From NCBI RefSeq assembly GCF_009914755.1, contig NC_060927.1: a stretch of 64,000 nt of DNA. One strand, 5' to 3'. A program made the translations under genes and the position numbers. The notes below the pieces were generated by a model, which was not told the DNA's origin, ran no database searches, and worked only from the letters and a program-made list of their open reading frames with translations. Numbering within the stretch: position 1 is the stretch's first letter; the number at the start of each line of letters is the position of its first letter. Shown piece after piece: positions 1 to 11,327 of the stretch. The stretch comes from the human T2T-CHM13v2.0 reference genome, Homo sapiens.

Positions 1-172
1 TCTGGGTCCAGGACTCTGTGTGTGTGTGTGTGTGTTGGGGTGTGTGTGTATATGTCTGTGTGTTTGTGTGTGTGTCGGGGTCCAGGTCTCTGTGTGTGTG
101 TGTGTGTGTGTCGGGATGTGTGTGTGTGTATGTCTGGGTCTAGGTCTCTGTGTGTGTGTGTCTGGGTCCAGG

Positions 173-205
<33 letters not shown>

Positions 206-486
206 TGGGGTGTGTGTGTATATGTCTGTGTGTTTGTGTGTGTGTCTGCATCCAGGTCTCTCTCTGTGTGTGTGTGTCTGGGTCCAGGTCTCTGTGTGTG
301 TATGTGTGTGTGTGTGTGTTGGGGGGTGTGTGTATATGTCTGTGTGTTTGTGTGTGTGTCTGGGTCTAGGTCTCTGTGTGTGTGTGTGTGTCGGGATGTG
401 TGTGTGTGTATGTCTGGGTCTAGGTCTCTGTGTGTGTGTGTCTGGGTCCAGGCCTCTGTGTGTGTGTGTGTGTGTCTATGTGTGTG
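1..486. repeat. Compound (TG)n-based tandem repeat/VNTR in the HHATL intron after the first coding exon (runs off window start)
   Basis: (TG)n tracts separated by recurring spacers tctgggtccagg(a/t)ctc, ttggggtg..tatatgtctgtgtgtttg and tcgggatg..tatgtctgggtctaggtctc. Confidence 0.95.
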
Positions 487-730
487 ACTCTGTGTCCATC
501 TCTCTGTCAGTGTCTCTGCATCTCTGTGTTCCTGTGACTGAACCTGGCTCCACCCAGCCTCCAGTGACTATCTGAGATGGGAACCCCGGGCTGAAAAGGG
601 AGATCCAGCCGTGTTCTAGAAGGAGTACCCTAGGTCTGGAGCCTGTAACTTTCTGGCTTTGCTGGTTGGAACCCTGAGGCCTCCAGGGGAAGAAGGGTCC
701 TGTCCACCTGCCCCGGGGCACAGCCATTAC

Positions 731-836
731 CTTGTGAAGCCTCAAGGAGGCCCCGGCCAGCATAGGCCAGGGCCCCACTCAGCACCAGAGAGTAGAGGCC
801 CAGCTCAGCCGCCGGCAATGCTGTCTTGATGCCCAT
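731..836 (-). CDS. HHATL: HHATL first coding exon (hedgehog acyltransferase-like, MBOAT family); exon spans 731-849 including 13 nt of 5'UTR
   Basis: ATG at 836; [35 protein letters not shown] matches the HHATL N-terminus; acceptor tctccccag| (850-851) and donor CAAG|gtaatg (729-730); 106 coding nt. Confidence 0.95.
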
Positions 837-1672
837 AGCCTGGACAGGGCTGGGGAGACAGGTTGGGTGAGGGAATTACAGTCTCCAGCCAAGCCTAGCC
901 CCACCTCATGGTCCCACCACCCCAGTGGGGACCCACTCTGAAGAGAGATTGCCCCTCCAGCCCCTTGGGGACCTTGTACCATCACTCTGCCTGCCCCTGT
1001 GCCCCCCACAGTTCACAGGCCACCGAACACCAGTGCCCCATCCCAGCTGCTGCTCTTGCCCCCACCCCACCCATCAAGGCTCTTGCCGGCAGAGCCCTCA
1101 CTCGCAGCCTGCCTCCCTCACCTTCATTTACATCTTCATACCTTCCAGAGGCACCAGCCCCACCCTCTGCCAAAACCGCTCCTGCCAAGGCCCCCATGAC
1201 CTGCGTGCGGAGAAACCCCACCTCTATCACTACAGTCAGGTTTCTGCCTGCAGGGTCCCCACCTCGATCAGTGAGTCTCCCTTAGCTCCTCACAAAGCCC
1301 CAGCTTCTCTAAGACCCTTTCTCTGACTCCCACTCCCCTCCCTGAGATCCCATGACCACCCCAGGTGCTGCCCCTAGAGCCAAGCCTCCATCCTCGCATT
1401 AAGCCTCCAGCCTGTCACTGACCCCCATTCCCCCAACAAGTCCCTGAGCTCCAGCCTGTCACATCCCAGTCCCTGCCTGTGTCCGTGACCACACTGCCCC
1501 ACTCTCTCAGCGCTCTGTGTATTCAGGCCCTGGGCACCAGCTGGAGGCTGTGCTATTTGAGGAGGTGCCCAGGAGTAGCGGATGTGGGGCCAGGCGGGGC
1601 CAGGCGGGGCCAGGGAGGGCACTGGCTGCTGTCCAAGGTGCTGACCAGAATCAGGCCCCGGTTGAGTCTCAC

Positions 1673-1760
1673 CACTCCCTCCAGCGGGGGCCTAGCTTGT
1701 CCCCTGGAGAACTGCTGGGCCGTACTACGGCTCAGCTAGCACCTTTACCCTTCCTATCCC
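1673..1760 (-). other. HHATL: Candidate alternative non-coding first exon of HHATL (5' end undefined)
   Basis: Donor GAGTG|gtgaga at 1671-1672 in a GC-rich region upstream of the coding exon. Confidence 0.3.
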
Positions 1761-2588
1761 GCTTCAGCCTGGCTCAGGGGCTTCCCAAGGACTCCATGGA
1801 TACAGACATAGGACCCAAATTAAAGGGAGGAAGCAGGGAACATGTCCAGGCAACTCTTGGGCTGACGGGGCCAAGAGGTGGCTGATGTGGCCCTTTTGCC
1901 CACCCTTGATCCTCCCCTAAATCTTCATCCCCAGCCCTGTAGCCATCTCCCCTGGGCCCCCCAGCAGCCGACGGTCTCCTCGTACAGATGGAGGGGTCAT
2001 GGGCCAGATAGGGGCAGGGACCTGTCAAGGTCACATGGCAGACCTGGGACAGACTTCTGCCTGCCTCCCTTCAGGATTGGGTTTCTCAGTGACCCCCCTC
2101 TGGAATCTGGGGTAAGAGAAGACCACCACTGCCCCTGCCCACAGCAGAGGCTGCCAGCCTGATGGCTGTGCTGTCGGCCTGAGGGTGGAGGCACCTCCTC
2201 ATCAGTTGGGTGGGGGTGGAGAGGCCCTGGGGATCAGGTTAATGGAGCAGGAGCTTGAAACCGGAGCATGGTGAAGAGCCCGTGAAATAGCTTTGTCAGC
2301 TGCCTCCCACTCGCCACTTTCCAATTTTAGCTCCCCATGGCCGGTGCGGGGTGTCCCCAGTGAGGCCTCTGCAAGGAGCTGGCCCCCAGCCTGGGGCCTC
2401 TCCTGATAGACCCCCAGACCAGGGCTGGCCTGTGGACACGGGGGCATACCCTTTCCCCTGGTCCTGCCTGCCCCAGATGCCCCGGGGGTAAAGCCCCTTT
2501 TGGGGCCTGTGATTTGGGATGAGGGCCTGGGGTGTGCCCCACAAGTCTCAAGAGCCCCAGAGTAGCTGCATCCCCAGCTGGCACTGAC

Positions 2589-2830
2589 CTTGAGGAGGCC
2601 GCAAGGGACCCTGGCACACTGCCCACCTCAGGCTCTGGGGTCCGGCTTCCAACTGTCCGTCCGTGCGACCGGCTGAGCTCTGGGGCCACGGTGGGGTGTG
2701 TCCAGCCCTGGGGTCCCCACCCCCTTGAGGTTATGAGCGGTGAGTGGTGACAGCGGGAGGAGGAGGGGGAGGAGGAGGTGGCCTTCCTGGAGCGGAGCTG
2801 AGCAGAGTGGAGCAGAGCCGAGTGCTGCAG
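2589..2830 (-). other. HHATL: HHATL non-coding exon 1 / promoter region (TSS approximate)
   Basis: Strong donor CAAG|gtcagt at 2587-2588; GC-rich, with a GGA-repeat tract at 2755-2780; position agrees with recalled HHATL structure. Confidence 0.6.
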
Positions 2831-4142
2831 AGCTGCTGGCCACAGGGAGCCGCAGGGAGGATCCTTGAAGGGGGGCGGGTGCTGGGTGGGGGGAGGGTGT
2901 CCAGTAGCATAGGCTCAGACAGGGACACCTGGGCCTCTCTTCAGCCTGCCTCCCCTGGCTCCTAGAGAGCCTGTGCCTCTCTCTCACTGCTACCCAGGAC
3001 TTCCCTCTTCCAGGAAGACTCCTGGTGGTCCCACCAGCCTCTCCAGGCTTGTAAGCCCTGCCCCCACCACAGACACACACAGTCACAACATGCAAACACT
3101 TTCATGCTTGGGCTCCAGGGACTCCAGCTCCTACCTTTACATATGACCTCCTAAGGGCTATCCCAGGGCAGACTTGTCTCGCCCCATGACCTGGTCCTTT
3201 TCATTATGCCGTGAGTCCTGGCTGGCCATGCATCAGTGCCTGAGGGAGGGCTGACTTGCCTGATGGGACTGGAACTGGCATGGGACATGTGGCTGAGAGG
3301 GATCCCCATAAGTCAGCCCTGTCCCATAGGGAGTGTCCTGGATGGAGGGGTGCTAGCAGGGTCACTTGGCAAGGCTTGTGGGTACTTGGAATGGCTGGTA
3401 TCCTCTCGGTGGCAGAGTGGAGGCAGACAGGAAGACAGGTGTGTTCCTAACCAACTGGGAGTCCTGGTAGGACAGGGCCCTCATTCTGGAAGGGAGCATC
3501 CAAGGCCTCAGCCCTGGATACCTGAGGGGAGGGGCATCCTGAAGGTGCCCCTGAGATTAAGAACCTCTGACAGTGCCCCTTCGGTTGAGGCCAAGTCTCG
3601 GGCAGCTGTATGTGTCTGTGCTATCTAGGGGGACCTGTTCACCTGTGTGCTTGTGGGGAGGCTCTCGGGGGTAGAAGGAGCTTTGTGGCTGTGATCAGTC
3701 ACAGGACAGCTCCTGGAGCCCCTGCTGATCCTATGACCCCAGCTTCAGGCTCAGTTGAGGAGGCAGGAGGGAGGTGCTGCTCCCCACCCATCAGGGCCCA
3801 GGAAGGGGAGAGACTGCACTTAGGCAGGGAGCTGCCTCCCGAGCACATAGACACGCTGGCCTGGAGAACAGCAAGGAGACGCCCAACCTACACACTCCAC
3901 ACAGGACACAGAGGCCCGTGTCTGTGGTCCCCGACCCTGAGAAGCATGAATGGTGACTACTGCACAGTGTGGGTGCTGGGTTAGAGCTGTGGTGGGTAAT
4001 GGGCACTAGAGAGGCCAGCATCAGGAAGGGAAGGATACCTGAGCCAGACTTCAGGGTTAAGGAGGGCTTCCTCAGGGAGGGGTAGTCAAAGGTTGTTAGG
4101 AGTAAGTTAATCATAGTAGCCAGGATGTACATGGATTAACTT

Positions 4143-4148
4143 TTTAAT
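4143..4148 (-). terminator. CCDC13: ATTAAA polyadenylation signal, candidate distal 3' end of CCDC13
   Basis: tttaat on the plus strand; I did not spot a canonical minus-strand AATAAA closer to the stop codon. Confidence 0.45.
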
Positions 4149-4964
4149 GTCACCACAGCCCATAGGGAAGATGTTGCCACTGTACGCAGTTGGGAGAAGA
4201 AGGACCTGGCACATGAGGAAGCCAAGTAGTTGGATCAGCCCTGTAAGCTCCTGGCACTGACTGCCCTGCAGGGGCGACAACCCCGTGCACCCACACTGGG
4301 GCCCTCACGAGGCTCCAAGAAAATGGCTCAAGGGAGCAGACAGGGTGGTTTGACCCCAGAGTTAAGAACACAGGTTCAGCCAATTTACTTGACCCTGAGC
4401 TGGTGTGACCCACTTCTTAGGGCCTCAGATCCTCAGTTGTAAAATGGGCATACCGCTGGCCCTGGCCCTCACTGGGGTGGCAGGGGGCATCCGGTGATTC
4501 ACTCCATGACAAGAGCCTTGCTCATAAACAGAGGCTATTAGAGAGCCACAGACACCCTGACCCCCAGAGGCCCAGAAAGGCTGGATTCACACTCAGAAGT
4601 GAGGCCTTCCCTGGGTGACCCACACACAGCAGGGTCTGCAGGGAGTGTGGTGTGCGGAAATGGCAAGAGGGGTGGAGGGCTAGGGAAGTCCCATGGATCT
4701 GTGGTTGGACAGCCTGAGGCCAGCTCCACTGTGTCTGAGGGGGGTGGCAGGGGAGGGCACCTGGCAAGGCCAGCCCACGTGAGGGACAGGAAGCTGACTG
4801 AGCTAAGACCAGCACTTGGCCCTGGGGCCAGCTTCCCAAATGCCACAAGGGCCACTAGGAAAGATATGGTGGGGAGTGGGGACAATTCTCTCAAATCTGA
4901 GTCCCTTTTCAATTTTCAGACTTTTTTTGTTTGGTTGTTGCTCAAAGTAAAAATGCGAGGAAAG

Positions 4965-5150
4965 TATCCTGTGTGTTTGCATGTACGTGTGCAACTGTGT
5001 TTTGTATCAGTTGTGTGTGGGTCTGTGTGTACGTTTTGTGTTGTAGGTTGTTCATGGCATGTGTTTGCTGTGTATGTGTATCCTGTGTATTGCTTGTGTG
5101 TGCACATGTATCGTACATACGTGTGTATATGTGTGTTGTGTGTGTGCAAG
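4965..5150. repeat. Degenerate (TG)n low-complexity tract
   Basis: TG/TATG-rich imperfect dinucleotide run. Confidence 0.8.
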
Positions 5151-6839
5151 GCTCACAGATATAGGAGAGTCAGTGTACGTAAAGGCACACCTGTGGGGAG
5201 AAGGTGGGCAGGCCGACTTCTTTGTGCTCAGGGCTGGCTGTGGGCTGGCTGGGGGTGGGGAGGAGAAGCTTGTTCTGGCCCCTGGGTGTGGGGGTCCAGA
5301 GGAGCACACCCACTGGAGGTCACCCTGCCCTGGGCTCCTGGGAGCAGGGGAGGGGCCCAGTGACAATGTAGTGTGTTTAAGCCTGAGCCAGGCTGCAACC
5401 TTGCCCAGCTCAGCTGTGGTGCCCCAGAGGCCCCTGTGGGGACAGTGGCCAAACTACGTCCACAGCTCAGCCAGGTCTCACCTGTCAGTGCTGGAACCTG
5501 AGCACCAAGACCTGCAGCACCTGCCTGGGGTGTGGCAGGGAGAGCCCTCACTTGAGGCAACTTCACCACTTAACTCTTTACTTGCCCCTGCCCCTCAACC
5601 CGCCAGGGCACCTGCACCCTCCCCTCCAACTACCTCCTCGTGGATCTGGCCAGGGCCCTTGGTGTCTTATCCAGCACACCTGTTGCCCACCTGCCTGAGG
5701 GACAGGGAGGTCATCCTCAGGGTGCCCAGGACAGATGGTGCTACCCAGGAGAGGCACTGGTACTAACCTGGACAGACCAGCTGCCTGGCTGTGCACCTGG
5801 CCCACCTAAGTTAGGTTTCTCAGGGTCCCTATCTTTGACCCCTTTGATGACCTCCTTCCCTTGAAAATCCTTCTCCCAGGCTCTCCCCACCTTCCCTTTA
5901 CTCCTCCTTGCTCCTTTGCCTCAGGGAGATGTGAAGCCCCCTCTCTACCCAGATCTGATCAAGGAGGTTGGGAACTTGGGAACTGCCACAGGGATGGGGT
6001 GGGGATGGTGGGGGAAGCCCTGTGGTGCTGCAGCCCGGTCCTGCATCCTTCCCCACCCAGCTCCATCATAGCGTTTCCCACACCTCTGATTGGACTGGAA
6101 ACTCCCTGAAAGGAGGAAGCAAGTCAGATTCACCTCTAGGTCCCTCCCAGGCCTGGAGAGGCTGGCATGCTGTTGGCACTCACTGACTGCCTGGTGGCCG
6201 ACTGGCTGGATGGAATGGTGACCTGTGACCAGTCTGTCTCTCTCCTCAGCTGATCTGAGAGTTCCTGGAGGCCAGGGACTGTGTTTGCCTCACCTCGGCA
6301 CCTCTGTGCCTGGGGCAGAGGAACTGCTCAACAAGTTCTGGTTGAACAAATGGAGGGAACACTAAGAGCGAATAATTATTAAGCGCTTACTGTGTGCGAG
6401 CAGCTGCTGTAAGCAATGGACACTTTATCTCAGTGAACCCTGCAGAGGGTTCCAATGAGGGAATGGAGCAGACCTGATCTAACCAAGCTAGGGGTGGGGA
6501 GGTGCCCGGTGGTAGGTGCCAGCAGACATGACAGGCACTCCCGCACATGGCACCACAGCAATGCTGTCAAGGTTGCCCGTGGAATCTGAAAGCTGAAACA
6601 CTCATCTTTATATACAGAGTTGGCCAAAGCAAGACACCAGCAAATCAGTTTACCCAAAAATGTGCAAACAAGATTTCCTGTGCCTGCCTGTCTGCAGTTT
6701 TTCTTTCCCCTCTCTCTTATATAACTCTTGTTGAAATCAGTCTATAGATACATGTTCCTTGTACAGAAATAAACAGAGAGCTAATAATTAGTGAAACGTC
6801 TTTGGGTTATTCTTTGACATACATATTAATAACAGCCCC

Positions 6840-6990
6840 CTGAGGGAGGATTCTATTATTGTCTGCATTTTATAGATGAGAATGTGGAGGATCAGAGAGG
6901 TTAAATAACTTGCCCAAGGCCACACAGCTGGTAAGTGGGGAGAGAAGTATGCCCCAGGCAGCCCCACCTGTCCAGACTCCATGACCTAAT
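6840..6990 (+). mobile_element. MIR SINE fragment
   Basis: Core motif attttatagatgagaatgtggaggatcagagaggttaaataacttgcccaaggccacacagct. Confidence 0.75.
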
Positions 6991-7629
6991 GCTCCTTCCT
7001 TTCTCAGGCATAGCCCAGGAAGGGCAGCAGAACCACCCTGAAGTGGCTGGAGTGTGGGTCACACCATCTCTGCACTTCCCTGAGGTGATCTTGAGGAAGG
7101 ATGGCTGATCCTATGCCTGCTTCTCACTCCCTGGGACTGCACTGAGGCCAGAGCCTGTACCCCTCATACTCAGATCACCCTCTGGAGCTCCTCAGGGCCT
7201 GCAGGAGAAGGTGCTGACTCCTCTGTGTTCAGACTCTACATCCAGCCCACCCCTCGCTGTCACACACTGTCCCCTCCAAGCACAGACCCTCTCTCTCCTG
7301 GCTCTCTGCCTGGCCGTTTTCCTTCACAAGGAACCAGAGAAAAACTCTTCCTTCCCAGAGACCCTTAGGACACCACCAGAATCATCAGTTCATCCCGGTG
7401 GCCTTTGCTCTAACTTGCTGTGGGATCTCTAGATCCGTGTGACCCCATGCAGGGTCAGGGGCTCCCTGAGGAGTGGGGGCCAGCTAGGGTCCCTCCATAG
7501 CCCCATCCCCAAGGAAGGGGCTGAGAAGACAGGGTCCCAGGAGCCGCAGTGGCTTTTCCAAGGAAGGAGCTGACAAGATGCTCGCAGGAGCCCCAGTGGC
7601 TTTTCCTGGGGAAGGGGGTGTTTTCACAG

Positions 7630-7890
7630 TATGTGCACCTGCATTTGTGCATCACTGCACAAGCAACACACAAGTGGCTATGTCTTCACGTGTGGGAATG
7701 TGTGTCCACATCCACATGTGTGTGCTCATCTGCACCTGTGTGTCCATGAGTGTGCACACATGGAGGTGCCTGTGTGCACGTACAGTTGCATGCTCCTGAA
7801 TTGAGGTATGTGTGTGCATCTGCATCTTTGTGTGGGGCTGTGGGTGCACCTGTGTGGCCAGGGTGTCGGAGTTGGGGTGTGTGGCTATGA
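7630..7890. repeat. Degenerate (TG)n low-complexity tract
   Basis: tgtg/tgca-rich imperfect repeat. Confidence 0.7.
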
Positions 7891-8993
7891 GTGACCCTCC
7901 TTGGGGCCACTCCTTCCTGTAGCTATAAGTGCATAGTTACAGCTGAGAAAGGGCAACACTGACAGTCATAGAGGCCTGCGGATCTTAGGGTGCCCCTGCA
8001 GCATCCCTCCAAGTTCACCATGGCGAGGGAGGTGCACTGTACCTTTGACTGGAGCCACTACCTCAAAACCCTTCTGCCTGAAGCTCCAGCTGAGCCCCAC
8101 CTCGGCCCTCTGCCACCAGCATCCATCAGCAGTCTTGGTGAGCAAACAAAGATGCCTCTTGGAGCTGCTGCCTAGGGGTGGGGTTGTTCAGTGGTGGGTG
8201 GGTGCGCCTACCCTGGGTAATCTCTGAACGGCAAGACCCTGGTTTTGGGGTCAGGCAGACTGCAGTTAAATATTAGCTCAGCTTCTTTCTGTGAACCTCA
8301 GTTTCTTCATCTGTCAAATAAGACAACAAACCCCTGGGTCATTAGAGGACTGAATGGGGTCAGGTTGCCACAGTAGATGCTCACTCACTGGGAGCTGCAG
8401 TGATTATGAAAATACTTATTATTATTACAAGTCCAAGGGTCTGCACCTGAGGAAGTGTCCTGAGGAGTGGGCTGACAAACTGGTTGAGAGCATAGTGCCC
8501 CAAGTCTGTGTAGGGTGTGGACGGCTACAGATGGAGCCGGGATGGGGGTGAGGGGATAGGGCAGGGCTGAGTGGCATGGGGGATATGCCCACTTAGGGTA
8601 ACCAAGGGCTCTTCTGTGTGTGAAGCCATGGGGACATCCAGGGCTAGTACCTAGGATGAGGGCGATGAACACCTGCCCGAGGGACTGCATCTGTCCATTC
8701 ACAGCCGCCTTGCCATCCCAGAGCTCTCGCCTCTGCCAGTGGGCTGCTGGGCCTCCCTGCTGCTGTAACCCAGCCAGCCCAGGGTCTCCTGCAGTGTCCC
8801 ACCAGGGCTTCTCTTCTGCCTTCCTGGCCTGAGACATTGGTTTTGATCATCCTTAAGGAGCCTCTTCTGGTAGAAGTGGTTGAGCTGGCTGCCCTGGGCT
8901 GGCTTCCCGGAGCAGATGGAGTCCTCAGACAGAGTCTTATCCTCTCAAGACCTGAGGCTGCCCACCCGGCCAGGCCGACACTGGGCTGTCATC

Positions 8994-9153
8994 CTATTGC
9001 TTGCCTGTCTTCTGCTGCCGCAGGGCCTGCAGGAAGACACTTTTCACCTGGCCCAGGATCTCATGGTACATCCGGAAGTCCTCCTCCTTTCCCCGCAGGG
9101 CACTGCCCAGGGCAGCCTTTAGCATTTCATTCTCCTCCACCTGGATGGCCAGC
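8994..9153 (-). CDS. CCDC13: CCDC13 exon 16 (last coding exon; TAG at 8994-8996)
   Basis: Acceptor tgtggtccag|G; LAIQVEENEMLKAALGSALRGKEEDFRMYHEILGQVKSVFLQALRQQKTGKQ*. Confidence 0.95.
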
Positions 9154-9697
9154 CTGGACCACAGGAGACAGTGCTCAGTGTGGCTGGAGCTGCACACAGG
9201 TGTGCGTGGGTGACAGAGGGCCCTGGGAATGTGGTTGCCAGCATGGCTGCTCTTCAGGCTCAGGCTTCCCTCTGACCCATCCCCTCCTCTCACTGACTCT
9301 TGTGGGTACCATGGATTCCTCTCTATGGGCCTGGCTCCCTGCAATGTAAGCTACCTCAAGGCCCCTTACAAATTGAGTTCCAATTTGTAGAGGTTCCCGT
9401 CTTTCCCTTCCCATGGCTGCGTGGGGTCTTAAAAGGTTTAACGTAGTGAGAAACTGGTTCAGTGATCCATGCTTGATAAAATTTCTCTTGGACTATGGGT
9501 CATTGGGGTTTGGGCCGGGCCCTCTGTCCTCTGAAGGCCAGTCCCTGAATTGCAGGCCTAGAACCCAGGACCAAACAGGACAAGCCTTCTGGGCAAATGA
9601 GTCAAAAGTGCAAGGGGAGGGACACAGTCCCTCTGCCCATGGAGGCACCTCTGCTCAGACAACCCTACCCTTTCAGGAAGGCGGGGCAGGGGAGCAC

Positions 9698-9812
9698 CTG
9701 GTTGTCAGCTCTTCCATTTGGGATTCCACGGGCACATCGGAGAGCTGGGCAAAGGATGGGTCCTTCTTCTCGCTCCCGGTTGGGTTGTGCCTGTTGTTAG
9801 AGGTGGGCAGAC
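9698..9812 (-). CDS. CCDC13: CCDC13 exon 15
   Basis: ccccacag|GT..AG|gtgctc; LPTSNNRHNPTGSEKKDPSFAQLSDVPVESQMEELTT; 115 nt. Confidence 0.93.
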
Positions 9813-10116
9813 CTGTGGGGCAGCAGCAACCACTTTCTGTGAGGAGGCCACAGCCCTGTGCTAGCACCCTGCTTCTCCTCCCGCCATTGCCCACTGCCTG
9901 CTCTTCCACATGGTGAAACGCTACACCGCCTTCGGGGTGCAGGGCAACTCTGAGCTCTGCCTCCCTCCGAAGCCCTCCCTGATGCCTCCTCTGCATGCCT
10001 CTGCCCCTGGCTTTGGCCTCTGCTACAGCCCTGACTCTGCTCGCTTTGTACCAGGGTGGTTCCTCACCACCCTGTCTCCATCTTTATACTTTACAAGTTT
10101 CTGGTAATTTGTTTTC

Positions 10117-10375
10117 TTTTTTTTTTCTTTTTTTTTTTTTTGAGACAGAGTCTTGCTCTGTCACCCAGACTGGAGTGCAGTAGCGTGATCTCAGCTCACA
10201 GCAATCTGCGCCTCCAGGGTTCAAGCGATTCTTGTGCCTCCCGAGTAGCTGGGACAACAGGTGCCTGTCACCATGCCCAGCTAATTATTGTATTTTTTGC
10301 AGAGACAGGGTTTTATCATGTTGGCTAGGCCTCCCAAAGTGCCAGGATTACAGGCGTAAACCACCATGCCCAGCC
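10117..10375 (-). mobile_element. Alu (S-type) with internal deletion in the left arm
   Basis: PolyT tail and Alu body; TSD tggtaatttgttttc at 10102-10116 and 10376-10390. Confidence 0.9.
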
Positions 10376-10575
10376 TGGTAATTTGTTTTCAAAAAGAGAA
10401 ACCAGCTGAGCCTGAGGTCTGGCCTGCAGGCTGAGCCCGAGTCTAGACTGTCACTGTACCTGATGCCCTCATACCAGTGGTCCCCATCCAGGCCATCAGC
10501 TTCATACTAGGAAGCAGGGGATCCAGGGTCCTGGAGTTGAAGGGTACAGAATGTTCACAAAAAGGAGACAAAGTG

Positions 10576-10722
10576 GCCCACGGTGGGGTGGTCCCAGAAC
10601 TTTGGGAGGCCAAGCGGGGGCAGATTGCTTGAGGTCAGGAGTTCAAGACCAGTCTGGCCAACACAGTGAAACCCTGTCTCTACTAAAAATACATAAAAAT
10701 TAGCCAGGCATGGAGGCATGCA
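10576..10722 (+). mobile_element. Alu left-arm fragment, broken at 10722
   Basis: tttgggaggccaag..aaaaattagccaggcatgg, then an abrupt switch to non-Alu sequence. Confidence 0.85.
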
Positions 10723-10978
10723 CCTCAAGACTAGTCTTGTGTAAACCTGTCTCATTGCTGGGGAGGCAGCAGAGTGGCTCTGCCCTCTACAGGGGCTGGA
10801 CTGAGTGTTCTTCAGGGCCTTTCCTGGCTCCAGGGGACACTGCTAAGCTGCCCTTGGCTTATTCCACGCATTGAGCACCTCCACATCCCCAACTAGAGCT
10901 GCCCTGGATGGGAAACTGCTTGTTCAGCCTGATGGAATTTTCTAAGCCCTGTGACACAGGGAATCAAAAAGAGCCTCA
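10723..10978 (+). repeat. Copy A of a ~255-bp intragenic inverted duplication (partner at 50803-51054)
   Basis: Manual alignment to the reverse complement of 50803-51054: about 16 substitutions and 2 small indels (~93% identity). Confidence 0.95.

Positions 10979-11327
<349 letters not shown>

Larger units (their letters stand above)
2660..6790 (+). ncRNA. HHATL-AS1: Antisense lncRNA locus (ends approximate)
   Basis: Plus-strand donor GCG|gtgagt at 2740, pyrimidine-rich acceptor tctctctcctcag| at 6249 and AATAAA at 6768-6773; name from recalled annotation. Confidence 0.55.

Noticed and set aside
20-575. Cys/Val-rich ORFs (MCVCV..)
   Set aside because: Translations of the (TG)n repeat; the same applies to the ORFs over 4599-5766 and 7549-7910
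630-730. C-terminal half of the 68-aa ORF starting at the HHATL ATG
   Set aside because: Intron read-through past the donor at 730; not part of HHATL
10723-10978. Explaining the duplicated segment as two independent copies of a dispersed repeat
   Set aside because: Both copies share the same Alu junction and non-consensus Alu substitutions, which independent insertions would not; a Dfam check is still advisable
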